Part shown: positions 47,017 through 56,796 of the stretch, in pieces
Position numbering within the stretch: position 1 is the stretch's first letter
Layout of the letters: each line of letters opens with the position of its first letter
Assembly (NCBI GenBank): GCA_944332815.1
Contig: CALVKQ010000001.1
Coordinates: forward strand, 49,697 to 113,696
DNA from: an uncultured Clostridia bacterium
GTDB lineage: Bacteria > Bacillota > Clostridia > Christensenellales > CAG-917
Length of the DNA stretch: 64,000 bases
Direction of reading: 5' to 3'
Made by a program: the position numbers and the translations under genes
The notes under the pieces: generated by a model
Databases searched by the model: none
What the model was told of the DNA's origin: nothing
Seen by the model: only the letters and a program-made list of their open reading frames with translations

Positions 47017-48926
47017 GCCCCGATCTCCTCCTTCACCGCTGCGCGGAGCATCCTGTCCACGCCCTGCATATCCTTGTATATCTCGACGTCGAATGCGGAA
47101 AACAGCTCCTTAACCGCCTCCGCCTGTCCTATGCCGAACTCCGCATAAAGCACTCCGCCCACATTGAGATGAGAGGGCGCTTCCGATGCAAGTATGCGGT
47201 AAAAGTCGAGTCCGTCCTCCCCTCCGTCAAGCGCGGAAAGGGGCTCGAACTCCCTGACCCTTTTGTCCAGCCCGGCGATGTCCGCATGGGGGATATAGGG
47301 GGGATTGACGGTTATCAGGTCGAACTTCTCTCCCTTTACGGGAGCGAACATATCCCCGACCAGCACGCGCACATTCACGCCGGCGTTGAGCGCGTTCGCC
47401 CGGGCGACGTCCGCCGCCGCGGAGGAAATGTCCGTGGCTGTGACTTCCGTCCCTTCCACGCCTGCCGCTATGACAGCTATCGCTCCGCTGCCCGTGCAAA
47501 GGTCGAGCACCCTTCCGCCGCCGCGCTTTTTCAGTTCCTCCGCCGCCATGACTGCGAGTTCCTCCGTTTCGGGACGGGGGATGAGCACGGAGGGACAGAC
47601 CGAGAGCCGCACTCCGCAGAAGTCGGTGTTCCCCAGCGCGTACTGCAAGGGTGCGCCGTCCTTCATTTTGAGGGCGACCGCACGCGCCGCTTCGAACTGT
47701 TCCTTGGTGACGGACTTGGCGGCGGCAAGCGCGCTGCGCTTCATGCCGGTCACTTCCGCAAGCACCCAATCGACGTCGCTCTCGTCGCAGTCGGGGGCAA
47801 GCTCCTTTATCTTGGCACGCGCCGCTTTCACGGGCACGTTGAACTCGAATTTGCGCTCCGGGATGTCGGGATCGGCGTCCATCGCGAGCACCGTCTTGAA
47901 CGCCGTAAGGCTCACTTCCAGCATATCGTCCGTGGGCTGTTTGGTGGTGAGCTTCTGCATGAGCATCCCCGGCGCGCGCAGCACTCTGAACAGCAGACAG
48001 TCGGAGCGCGCGAGCAGTTTGAGTATCTCATAGGATATGCCTGCCACCACGGGCAGGAAAAGCAGCTTGACCGCCAGCCTGACCAGCGCGTTCACCACGC
48101 TGTCGAAGCGCGTCCAGCCTATCTCCTGCAACATCCAGTTGACCAGCGCGAACACTATTATGCTCACCGCCACCACGAAAAAGATGAAAGTCGTGCCGCA
48201 GCGGCTGTGCTCCGTGCGCATCCCTCGCGCGTTCTCCACGGTAAGATCCAGCCCGTGCTCGTAACAGCTGATGACCTTATGCTCCGCCCCGTGATACATG
48301 AACACTCGGCGGATGTCTTTCATCAAGGTTATGGAAAGCAGATAGCCTATGAATATGACGAGCATTATCGCCGCTTCGCAAAGGCTCAGAAGCGCGGGAT
48401 GGTCGTTGGTGCCCGGGATCTCGAAGATGAGCCCCGTAAGGAAGTTGGGCAAAAACACGAAAAGCCCGACCGCGAGCGCGAGCCCAAGCACCAGGGACAC
48501 CGTGGTCAGGATGTGCATTGGGTTGAGCTTGAACTTTTCCGCCACCCACTTGTCGAACTTGGTGGGCTCGGCGTAATCGCCGAACACCTCGGCGGAACGC
48601 ATGAGCCCCCCCACGCCCATAAAGAGCTGCGTGACGAGATTGACCACTCCGCGCACGAAAGGCAGCCGCAGAAGAAAGTTGCGCTCGGACGCGTCTTTAA
48701 TGCGCTTTGCCTCCACGGTGATCTCACCCGACTCCGTGCGCACGGCAGTGGCAAGCGAAGCGCGCCCTTTCATCATGACGCCCTCTATGACCGCCTGACC
48801 GCCGATGTAAGTGCGTCGGACGATCTTGCCCTGTTTCTCTTTTTTCTCTGCGCCTTTCGCGCCTTCGGATGCTGCCAAATCTTTCCCTTCCGCAAGAGCG
48901 CGGAGCGTCCGCCCCTTTGCTCCCAT
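47013..48926 (-). CDS. prmC: Fusion protein: DUF1385 (YqhQ-like membrane domain) + release-factor glutamine methyltransferase PrmC
   Basis: The N-terminal half has [15 protein letters not shown] and TM helices (DUF1385 pattern). The C-terminal half has DLCTGSGAI and NPPY motifs. It is a single uninterrupted ORF. Confidence 0.85.
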   Translation of the reverse strand: MGAKGRTLRALAEGKDLAASEGAKGAEKKEKQGKIVRRTYIGGQAVIEGVMMKGRASLATAVRTESGEITVEAKRIKDASERNFLLRLPFVRGVVNLVTQLFMGVGGLMRSAEVFGDYAEPTKFDKWVAEKFKLNPMHILTTVSLVLGLALAVGLFVFLPNFLTGLIFEIPGTNDHPALLSLCEAAIMLVIFIGYLLSITLMKDIRRVFMYHGAEHKVISCYEHGLDLTVENARGMRTEHSRCGTTFIFFVVAVSIIVFALVNWMLQEIGWTRFDSVVNALVRLAVKLLFLPVVAGISYEILKLLARSDCLLFRVLRAPGMLMQKLTTKQPTDDMLEVSLTAFKTVLAMDADPDIPERKFEFNVPVKAARAKIKELAPDCDESDVDWVLAEVTGMKRSALAAAKSVTKEQFEAARAVALKMKDGAPLQYALGNTDFCGVRLSVCPSVLIPRPETEELAVMAAEELKKRGGGRVLDLCTGSGAIAVIAAGVEGTEVTATDISSAAADVARANALNAGVNVRVLVGDMFAPVKGEKFDLITVNPPYIPHADIAGLDKRVREFEPLSALDGGEDGLDFYRILASEAPSHLNVGGVLYAEFGIGQAEAVKELFSAFDVEIYKDMQGVDRMLRAAVKEEIGA

Positions 48927-49002
48927 TCATGCGCCGCGACACGCGCTCGCGCGCGCAAACGAGAAATGCAGGCTGTCGTTAAGCCTGCATCTCCGGTTTT
49001 CG

Positions 49003-49209
49003 TCAGTCGAGATTGTATCTCTTCTTGAACTTGTCGACGCGGCCGCCGGTGTCGACCAACTTCTGCTTGCCCGTGAAATACGGATGGCACTTGGAACATA
49101 TTTCGACCTTGATGACGTCCGTCTTCTTGGTGGTGCCGGTCAGGAACGTATTTCCGCAAGCGCACTGCACTGTGGCGGTGTGGTAATCCGGATGGATGCC
49201 TTCTTTCAT
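49003..49209 (-). CDS. rpmE: 50S ribosomal protein L31
   Basis: MKEGIHPDY...CxC...[12 protein letters not shown], 68 aa. Confidence 0.95.
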   Translation of the reverse strand: MKEGIHPDYHTATVQCACGNTFLTGTTKKTDVIKVEICSKCHPYFTGKQKLVDTGGRVDKFKKRYNLD

Positions 49210-49318
49210 TGTTCACTCCTGTTTTCGTATTTTTACGCCCACACGCGCCAATGTTTCCCTTCGAGGTCCCGACCCCGACAAGGGCAGGAGCTACGCGCAT
49301 ATGACATAAAGTTTCTTT

Positions 49319-49347
49319 ATTATATCCACACCGAAAGCCCCTGTCAA
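49319..49347 (-). promoter_or_regulatory. Consensus sigma-A promoter upstream of rpmE
   Basis: TTGACA-17 nt-TATAAT on the minus strand. Confidence 0.6.
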
Positions 49348-49378
49348 GCGAATTCGCGGTGCGGAAAGAATGTCTTCT

Positions 49379-50110
49379 CTATTCGGAAGCGAGCAGGGAG
49401 AATATCTTCGCCCTCTCCGCCGCTATGTCCGAAGAGTCGAGCGCTCTCTCCCCTCTCGGAAGGGCGATCTCACCCTCCGCGGCGACGCGCGCAGGCACCC
49501 CGTCCAGCACAAACCAGCGGTCGGCGGCGAGCACGCACTCGTCGGCGTCGTGGGTGACGTAGACCACCGTGCGCGGTGATGCTGTGAGCAGTCTGCCCAG
49601 TTCGTCGAGCAAGCGGAACTTCAACCCTATGTCGAGGGCGCGGAAAGGTTCGTCCATGAGCAGCACTTCGGACGGAAAAAGGAACGCCCTCGCCATCGCG
49701 ACGCGCAGGCTCTCGCCTCCCGAAAGCTCCGTGGGCAGCTTTTCCGCCTTGTCGCCGATATGCAGTTTTTGAAGCATATCGGCTATCCTTTCCCTCCTCT
49801 CCGCCTTATCGCGAAAAATCGCGCGAAGCGTCAGATCAAGGTTTTTATACACGCTTATCGAGGGTATCAACCTGTCTTTTTGAAAAATGTAGGATATGCC
49901 GCCCTCCGGTTTTTCTATCTCTCCCGAAAAGGGCACGAGCCCTGCTATCGCGTTGAGGAGGGTGCTTTTGCCCACTCCCGAACCGCCCATGACGACGCCT
50001 ATCTCCCCGGGGGTGAAGTCGATATCGAAACCGTCGAAGACCTGCCGTTCGCCGTACGCGACGGTGAGCCCTCTCACCCGGATGCCGCTCGCTCTCTCTT
50101 TGTCCTTCAT
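49379..50110 (-). CDS. ABC transporter ATP-binding protein (NitT/TauT-type)
   Basis: Walker A GGSGVGKST, signature LSGGE and Walker B LLMDEP. The ATG at 50110 overlaps the permease stop (ATGA). Confidence 0.85.
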   Translation of the reverse strand: MKDKERASGIRVRGLTVAYGERQVFDGFDIDFTPGEIGVVMGGSGVGKSTLLNAIAGLVPFSGEIEKPEGGISYIFQKDRLIPSISVYKNLDLTLRAIFRDKAERRERIADMLQKLHIGDKAEKLPTELSGGESLRVAMARAFLFPSEVLLMDEPFRALDIGLKFRLLDELGRLLTASPRTVVYVTHDADECVLAADRWFVLDGVPARVAAEGEIALPRGERALDSSDIAAERAKIFSLLASE

Positions 50111-50886
50111 TTGACGCGCGTCCATCTTCTTCTGCCCTCCCACAGCTTTTTGAGCAGGGCGACGACCCCCTCAAAAAGAAAGCTCATCACGATGGCGACC
50201 ACCGTCCACGCCATGAGCTGCGCTATCTCGAATATGACGCTCGCACGCTGCATCTCCACGCCTATGCTGCCTATCGTCTGCGCCAGCACCTCCGCCGCGA
50301 TGACGACTTTTACGCAAAGGGACGCCGCGCTCCTGCACCCGTCCGCGACGGCAGGAAGCACGCTCGGGATGTATATCCCCGTCAGCCTGTCGCGTAGGCG
50401 TATCTTGTATACCTGCGCCATTTCGAGCAATTCGGGGTCCACGTTCGCTATCGCGGAATGCATGGAATTGTACAGCAGTGGGAAGCAAATGAGGAAGCCT
50501 ATGAGCAGCGGCACTTCGGAATTGTCCAGCCACGCCACGGCGAGAAGTATCACCGCCATTGTGGGGGCGGCTTGCAGCACCGTGACTATCGGCGAGAGAA
50601 CGCGGTGCATCGCAGGGAGAAAGGCGCCTGCCGCGGCGAGCGCCGCGGCAAACGCGAAGGAGAGCAGGAAACTCCCCGTCACCCTGCCGGCGGTGAGCCC
50701 TATGGCGCGCCAGGTTTCCCCTCTGCCCAGCACATCGCCGAGCGCACGGGATATCTCGTCGATCTGCGGTATGAGGATGGGGTTGTCCTTCGCCGCGGAC
50801 ACGACAGCCCACACCGCAAGCACAACGCCGAGAGCGGCGACGGGATACAGCACGTTTCCGAGCGCACGTCCGACCCTGCGTTTCAT
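50107..50886 (-). CDS. ABC transporter permease (NitT/TauT-type)
   Basis: Six TM helices with an EAA-loop-like motif (LEMAQVYKIRLRDRL). Coupled to both neighbouring genes. Confidence 0.85.
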   Translation of the reverse strand: MKRRVGRALGNVLYPVAALGVVLAVWAVVSAAKDNPILIPQIDEISRALGDVLGRGETWRAIGLTAGRVTGSFLLSFAFAAALAAAGAFLPAMHRVLSPIVTVLQAAPTMAVILLAVAWLDNSEVPLLIGFLICFPLLYNSMHSAIANVDPELLEMAQVYKIRLRDRLTGIYIPSVLPAVADGCRSAASLCVKVVIAAEVLAQTIGSIGVEMQRASVIFEIAQLMAWTVVAIVMSFLFEGVVALLKKLWEGRRRWTRVK

Positions 50887-51878
50887 CACTTCTCTATCGC
50901 AAGTCCGTTTGCGGAAAGTATCTTTTCAAACGCGTACTGCGGCACCGCGCCCTGCCCTATGCAGCCCACGGTCTTGCCTGCGAGCGCCTCGGGCGAAACT
51001 GTGCCCTCGGTCTTCCCTATCATATAGAGTATGCCGCGCGTGTTGGAGCAAAGGAATTTGTACTCCGCGCCCTTCGTCGCCACAAGGTTGACGCCGCCGT
51101 TTGCCGGCATGATGACTATGTCGCCGTCCCCCTTCGCCATATGCGTCGCTATCTGGTTCGCCGGCACGATGTTGACTTTGACGGTGTAGCCTGCGACGGT
51201 GAGAGTGTCCTTTTTCGCAATGAGTTTCGCCACCGCGAGCGCGGGCGCGCCGTCGGGGACATAGAGCTCAAGCGTGCCGCTGCCCTCACCCTGCGCCGTC
51301 GCCTGCGTTTCGTCGTAGTAAACGGAGTCGGGGACGTTCTCGACGCCGTTCAGAACTTTGAGCATATCGTTGACGTCCGCTTTGACGCTTGCCGCAGGAT
51401 ACACCCCGACATTACACTTCGGGATGCTCGCAGCAGGGTAAGCGGAAGCGCTGCCTGCGTCTTTGAGCAGCTTGGTCATGGAAGCGGCGTTCTTAGTGAT
51501 ATACTCCACGTTTTCCTCGAACACGGCAAGGAGCGCGTCCACGAAGGTCTTGTTTTGGGCAAGACCGCTCCTTATGAAAGTGGAAGACATGGGGAAGCCG
51601 CTCGCATTGCCCGTCGCTTCCGCGTACTTCGCCTGCATGTCCATGACCACCTTGAACCCTTTTGCGGCGCCTGCCGTGGCGGCAGGTTCACCCACGATGC
51701 CGTAGTCTATCTTGCCTGCGGTAAGCGCGGCTTGCACCGCCGCTCCGTCCGCGTAATACACCACTCTGACGGCGGCTGTATTTTCCTTGTCGTTGCAAGC
51801 GGCAAGCCCCACCGCGAACGCCGCGACGAGCGCGGCGACCATCAGGACTGCCACCGTTGTTTTGAGAACTTTTTTCAT
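50886..51878 (-). CDS. ABC transporter substrate-binding lipoprotein
   Basis: Signal peptide plus lipobox (GLAAC), periplasmic-binding-protein size, first structural gene of the transporter. Confidence 0.7.
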   Translation of the reverse strand: MKKVLKTTVAVLMVAALVAAFAVGLAACNDKENTAAVRVVYYADGAAVQAALTAGKIDYGIVGEPAATAGAAKGFKVVMDMQAKYAEATGNASGFPMSSTFIRSGLAQNKTFVDALLAVFEENVEYITKNAASMTKLLKDAGSASAYPAASIPKCNVGVYPAASVKADVNDMLKVLNGVENVPDSVYYDETQATAQGEGSGTLELYVPDGAPALAVAKLIAKKDTLTVAGYTVKVNIVPANQIATHMAKGDGDIVIMPANGGVNLVATKGAEYKFLCSNTRGILYMIGKTEGTVSPEALAGKTVGCIGQGAVPQYAFEKILSANGLAIEK

Positions 51879-51942
51879 AATATGCCTCTTTAAGTTTTAT
51901 TTTTGTAGTATTAACACCTTGTTATGGTGATATTACCTAATT

Positions 51943-52194
51943 TCATTCCGCGAGTTCGAACGCCGTCAGCGCGGACTTGACCGCAATGTCGGGGAACTTC
52001 CCCAGCCTGCCCGTAAGGGCGGAAACGCGCTCCTGCGAGCCCTCCACGATGAGGGCGATGGCATTGGCTTCCCTCCTCGGCACTCCCATCCTGCCCACGA
52101 TGATATCGGCAAAATCGGAGAGCACGCTCTGCATCTCCATCACCGTTTCGCGGTCGCCTTTGAGCACTATGCCCACAACACCTATCCGTTTCAT
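51943..52194 (-). CDS. TM1266-family small ACT/NikR-C-like regulator (annotated elsewhere as putative iron-only hydrogenase system regulator)
   Basis: 83 aa. RIGVVGIVL...DIIVGRMGVP...IALIVEG...ALTGRLGK matches the family pattern as I recall it. Confidence 0.65.
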   Translation of the reverse strand: MKRIGVVGIVLKGDRETVMEMQSVLSDFADIIVGRMGVPRREANAIALIVEGSQERVSALTGRLGKFPDIAVKSALTAFELAE

Positions 52195-52376
52195 ATACCC
52201 TCCTTTTTATCCCCCGCCCGAAGAGTCGTGGCTCTTCCGGTGGGGACACCGATTAGAACCCCAGTCTAAAATCAGAGATTTTCACCCGGGGACCCCGGGA
52301 TATTGGCTCCGATTTGAAATCGAAAATCAGCTCCGGGGAGCGATCTTGTCCTCGCCACGCCTTCGGGCGAAGGGAC

Positions 52377-52405
52377 AAAAAAACCGACGCCCCGAAAGAC
52401 GTCGG
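52377..52405 (-). terminator. Intrinsic terminator inside the operon leader
   Basis: On the minus strand, CCGACG-tctttcgggg-CGTCGG is followed by T7. Confidence 0.65.
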
Positions 52406-52482
52406 CAAACCGCGCCCGCAGGCGCGCATATCTTTTTCACCGTCGTCTTGCACTCCGAAAACTCATCGTTTGGGACGATTTG

Positions 52483-52510
52483 ATTATATCATCTCACGTC
52501 GGATTGTCAA
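52483..52510 (-). promoter_or_regulatory. Consensus sigma-A promoter
   Basis: On the minus strand, TTGACA-16 nt-TATAAT with a TGn extended -10, immediately after the stop of the upstream lipoprotein gene. Confidence 0.6.
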
Positions 52511-52522
52511 CCGTTCGCGCGC

Positions 52523-54367
52523 TCAATGCGAGAACAGCACGCCTAAAATGAGCACCATCATCTTCACCGCGGCATTGTTCTCGGCAAGTTCCCTCACCTT
52601 TTCCGCATCCTCGGAGGCTGCGTCCGTGATGTATCCCATGTCGCCGAGGGCAGCCAGTTCACCCATATCTGCGTAGGCTTCATCCAGCTTCTCCGAGATG
52701 ACGTCCACCGCCACCGACGGCAAAGGCGCGCCTGCGAAGCTGCTCGCTCTCTTCATGCACTCGTCCGCGATACGCGCCAATTCCGCGCGCCACTCTTCGG
52801 TGTACTCCCCGTTGGCGTCGCCGTCCGCGCCGACGGTGATCTCGACGGGCTCCTCTCCGTTCTCGGTCAGAGCCTTGTTGAGCAGCTCCACCATATTCAG
52901 CACGCTGCCGGACATTCGCCTGAGCCTGCTCTCGCTGACCTCGTCGGGAGCGAGCACGTACTCCCTCCACGCATTCTCAAACAACACGTCGCTCCACTCT
53001 CCCAGCAACGCCACTATCATTGCCGTCACATCGGAGGAGTATTCGACCTGTTCTCCGCCGTATACCGACAGCATGAGGACGAAGAAGTAAAGCAGCATAT
53101 TTTTTTGTCTGTCGCCTTCTGCCGCTATGCGCTCGAATTCCGCTTTGAGCTGCGCGGCGCTGACCTCGTTCATAAAGGAGTACGCCGCTTCCGAAAGCAG
53201 GAGCAGCATGTTGACTTCCGAAAGAGCGTTGTCCTTTTCCGCCGCCAGCGATTTGAGTTTGCACACGAGATCATAAGTGTATTCGCCCTTTTCGTCCTTG
53301 TCGTAAAGGGGCACCGCCATGGCGGTGAGATAATCGGTCATGAGTCCTATCTCGCCGACAGCGGACTCCGCATATCCGAGCCACTCCGTCAGATCGCGCA
53401 CTATTTCGAGGGGCTGCGCGAACCCGTCGAAGCACTCGCGCACGCTCGCCAGCGCGCGCTTGACACTCGCGGCTTTTTCCTCGGTCATCTCGTCGCCGAA
53501 ACGGGCTATCCCCTCCACTACGCCGCTCAGCCACACGAACGCGTCCGCATCGCTTATGCCGGACAGCGCGCCCGAGCCGCCTGTCGATATGCTTTGCAAT
53601 ATAGAGGCAAGTCCGCTGCCGCTGCTGCCCGTGCCCACCGTCTGCTCGAAGTCGTACGCGAAACCGAAGAGGAGTTTTATCCCCTCCTCCGCCTCGTCCA
53701 GGGCGGCGACGGTCTGCGCTATCGTTTCCTCCCCTTTCAGGGACTCTTTTATCCTCTCCGCGCGCTCCACCGCCTCGCCTATATTGTTGAAGCCTGCCGA
53801 CTCCACCTTGTTCTTTATCTTGTTCAGCCTCTCCACGAGCGCGGTGTACACGTCGTCCGTGCGATCGGCGACGGCGCGCAACGCCGCGAACCCGAGTTCG
53901 CTCACATCCTCCGACGTGAACCCCACTTCCGCGATGAGTTCCATCACGGCGTCCGCGTTCACGCGCGCGTCAAGAAGCAGCCTCTTCCCGTCCTCGGATG
54001 CGACAAACTCGGCGGCGAGCCTTATTTTCGCCGTCTGCAAGGAGGAATCGTAAAGTATGCCTACGATGACGTCCGTCCAAAGCTGTGCTTCCACGTGATC
54101 CCCGGGGGCGTCGAGTTTTGCGATCTCGTCGTCGGTCATATCGGGCAGCCATTTCTCGTTAAACGCCGCAAGCACGTTGCGTTCAAACAGTCCGACCGCC
54201 TCCGTCCTCTCCTGCTCGGGGGAAACGCCCTGCCCTTTATCGTCGTTGCAGGCTGCGAGAGTGAACGCCGTCGTCAGCACGAGCGCGAGCACGAGCAGCA
54301 CGGCGAACAGCCTCCTGAGCCCCTCGCACGACCTCGGATATCTCCTTTCGTCATGGCAAAGTTTCAT
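52523..54367 (-). CDS. Large alpha-helical lipoprotein, function unknown
   Basis: Lipobox FTLAAC after a hydrophobic leader, 614 aa. The start is coupled to the FtsX-permease stop (TGATG). Confidence 0.7.
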   Translation of the reverse strand: MKLCHDERRYPRSCEGLRRLFAVLLVLALVLTTAFTLAACNDDKGQGVSPEQERTEAVGLFERNVLAAFNEKWLPDMTDDEIAKLDAPGDHVEAQLWTDVIVGILYDSSLQTAKIRLAAEFVASEDGKRLLLDARVNADAVMELIAEVGFTSEDVSELGFAALRAVADRTDDVYTALVERLNKIKNKVESAGFNNIGEAVERAERIKESLKGEETIAQTVAALDEAEEGIKLLFGFAYDFEQTVGTGSSGSGLASILQSISTGGSGALSGISDADAFVWLSGVVEGIARFGDEMTEEKAASVKRALASVRECFDGFAQPLEIVRDLTEWLGYAESAVGEIGLMTDYLTAMAVPLYDKDEKGEYTYDLVCKLKSLAAEKDNALSEVNMLLLLSEAAYSFMNEVSAAQLKAEFERIAAEGDRQKNMLLYFFVLMLSVYGGEQVEYSSDVTAMIVALLGEWSDVLFENAWREYVLAPDEVSESRLRRMSGSVLNMVELLNKALTENGEEPVEITVGADGDANGEYTEEWRAELARIADECMKRASSFAGAPLPSVAVDVISEKLDEAYADMGELAALGDMGYITDAASEDAEKVRELAENNAAVKMMVLILGVLFSH

Positions 54368-56796
54368 CACGACCTCCTCATTCCGTAACCGCGCCTGAAC
54401 CCGAACAGGACGGGGATAAGCGCGTAGACCGCCGCGACGACCAGCCCTGCCGCCACCGCCGCGACCGCGTTATACATAAAGCCGAAATACAGCCCGAACA
54501 TACGCAATGCGTGAATAAGACACATCGCCGCGAGCGCGCTCGCAGGCAGCGCGAATATGAATGCGCACGCGGCGGAAACGGTGTGTTCCAGCGTTTCCGC
54601 CCCCAACAATGCGTTTTTGGACAGCCCTGCGCCGAGCAGGGTGCTGCGAGTAACGGAGGCATACGCTCTGCCTGCGAACACATTGGCGAGCGCGACCGCA
54701 AACGCCAGCGCCGTGAGCATGAATGCGAGCGCGGCTATGAGGTCGAACACGTTTTCCAGCGATTTAGTATCCCACTCGTACGCTTCCAATGCCGGCACGG
54801 TGTAATAGTTCCTGTCCGCAAAGTGCGCCCTTATCATTTCCGCGGTGTCCGCCGCATCCGAGGACGCGATGACGACCACCGTGTCGGGGGAAAGCCCGAA
54901 CGCGTCCGCAAGCGCTTCCGCAGATACTATGACGTAAGAGCCGTTGAACAACTCGTGGCGCACTATGCCGCCCACTTCCAGCTCCCCGATCTGTCCGTCA
55001 ATGTCCAAAGTCACCGTGTCCCCGACGTCCACGCCGTAAAGCTCCCTCACCGACTCGTCCAGCACCGCCTTGCCCTCCGCGAGAGCGGCAATGACGTCCT
55101 CACGTGGGGTGAGATAGGCAAAATCGGCAAGTTCCAGCGCCCCCGACGACCCCAGCAGATTGAAAGTGGCGGCGTCCATCTCGGGCGAAGACACCGAAAC
55201 CTGCCGCCACACCATAAGTTCCGCCTTGTCCACTCCGTCCAACGCGGTGAACTCGTTCTCGTCCACGTCCGAAGCCACGTTGGTGACCAACACCATGCGC
55301 TCGAACTCCGCGGTGAGCCCGGAGAATACGGACGTGGTGAGCGACCATGCCGTGAACAACAGCATGGACACCGACATCCCGACGGCAAGTATCTGCGCGG
55401 AACCCGACGCACGGCGTTCTCTCGCCGCCGAATAGCCTGTCGCCACAACAGACGGAGCATTCGTTTTCGTCATGACTCTCCCCGTCAAACGCACAAGACG
55501 AGGCGCGGCAGCCGCCGCACAGGCGATGACCAGCACCAGGTTTACCGCCGACAGCGCGCCCTTCCCTCCCGGGACGAGGTTTTCTATGAGCAAAGTCACG
55601 AGTGTCACCGCCGCAAGCAAAGAGGTAAGGACGGCTCCCAAACGGCCTTTGTCGGGCGCGCCCACAAGGTTCTCTCTCGCGGAGGCGCGGAAAACCCTTG
55701 CCAACGGATACAGCGACGCGCCGAAAGCCACCGCTCCGCCCACTGCCGCCGCCGCGACGAGAAGACCGGCGTTTACGGAAAAACTCAACGTGGAGGAAAG
55801 CACTATGCGCAGCATGAGCGCAAATATGCCCACGGCAAGCCCCATGCCTATCGCCGCGCCGACGACGCATATCGCCGCACTCTCGACAAAGAACATCCCG
55901 AGCAACCTCTTTTTGGTCGCTCCGACGAGAGCGAGTTTAGCCGCGTACGCCCTTCTGTCGCGCGTGCCAGATGTGAACACCAGCGCCACACCGACCAAAC
56001 ATAACAACGCTACCGCCGCCCCGGCTATGGTGACAGGCGCGGCAAGATTACGCGCGCGTGTGGAGATGTGATCGAGGTCCACGCATTCGGACACGGTATG
56101 GTCGCGGTACTCCTGCATGGCGGCGATGCGTTCGCGCACTTCGCTTATGTCCGCGCCCTCGCTCACGGTCACATACACTTCGTTGTAAACGGTCGTTCCG
56201 CTTATCATGACGGAGGACATCGCGGAGGCGTTCCCCAACACGGTGTACGGGGAATCGGAAAGGAAATATCCCGTGTTCTCCGCTATGCCTTTGATGTAGA
56301 AATTCACGGTGCCGCCGACCGACGTCAGCTTGCGCACGGTGATGACTCCGCCCGTCCGCCAACCGAAATGCTCCGCCGCGGCGCGCGACACTATCACGTC
56401 GTCGCTCTTTACGGGCAGTTCCCCTTCCGCAAGCTCGACGGCACGCAACGCCTCAACGTCGCCGTCCTCGAAACCGCGCAGTCTTACGTACTCCCCGGGC
56501 TCGTCGCCGCGTTCGGCAAGCGCATAAAGGGACACGGTGGCGGCAACTTTCTCCACCCCCTCGACCTCACGCAGCGGCGCGACGGAAATTATCCTGTTGC
56601 CGCCGCTCTTTGCCGCTATCATGATGTCGCTGTCGCCCTGATCTGCGGTTTCAACAGCAAAAACGTATTCATAAACCGCGCTTTCAAACGAAAACATACA
56701 GAAAAACATCGCCACGCATACGGAGATCGCCAGCACGGACGCCAGCGTGCGCAACGGTTTGGCTTTCAGGTTTTTGAGCGCGAGCCAAAGTGTCAT
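54367..56796 (-). CDS. FtsX-family ABC permease with two FtsX domains (MacB-like)
   Basis: MTLWLALKNLKAKPLRT N-terminus typical of FtsX/MacB permeases. Two 4-TM blocks with large extracytoplasmic loops. The ATG at 56796 overlaps the ATPase stop. The 104-aa N-terminal extension in the track ORF is rejected. Confidence 0.85.
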   Translation of the reverse strand: MTLWLALKNLKAKPLRTLASVLAISVCVAMFFCMFSFESAVYEYVFAVETADQGDSDIMIAAKSGGNRIISVAPLREVEGVEKVAATVSLYALAERGDEPGEYVRLRGFEDGDVEALRAVELAEGELPVKSDDVIVSRAAAEHFGWRTGGVITVRKLTSVGGTVNFYIKGIAENTGYFLSDSPYTVLGNASAMSSVMISGTTVYNEVYVTVSEGADISEVRERIAAMQEYRDHTVSECVDLDHISTRARNLAAPVTIAGAAVALLCLVGVALVFTSGTRDRRAYAAKLALVGATKKRLLGMFFVESAAICVVGAAIGMGLAVGIFALMLRIVLSSTLSFSVNAGLLVAAAAVGGAVAFGASLYPLARVFRASARENLVGAPDKGRLGAVLTSLLAAVTLVTLLIENLVPGGKGALSAVNLVLVIACAAAAAPRLVRLTGRVMTKTNAPSVVATGYSAARERRASGSAQILAVGMSVSMLLFTAWSLTTSVFSGLTAEFERMVLVTNVASDVDENEFTALDGVDKAELMVWRQVSVSSPEMDAATFNLLGSSGALELADFAYLTPREDVIAALAEGKAVLDESVRELYGVDVGDTVTLDIDGQIGELEVGGIVRHELFNGSYVIVSAEALADAFGLSPDTVVVIASSDAADTAEMIRAHFADRNYYTVPALEAYEWDTKSLENVFDLIAALAFMLTALAFAVALANVFAGRAYASVTRSTLLGAGLSKNALLGAETLEHTVSAACAFIFALPASALAAMCLIHALRMFGLYFGFMYNAVAAVAAGLVVAAVYALIPVLFGFRRGYGMRRS

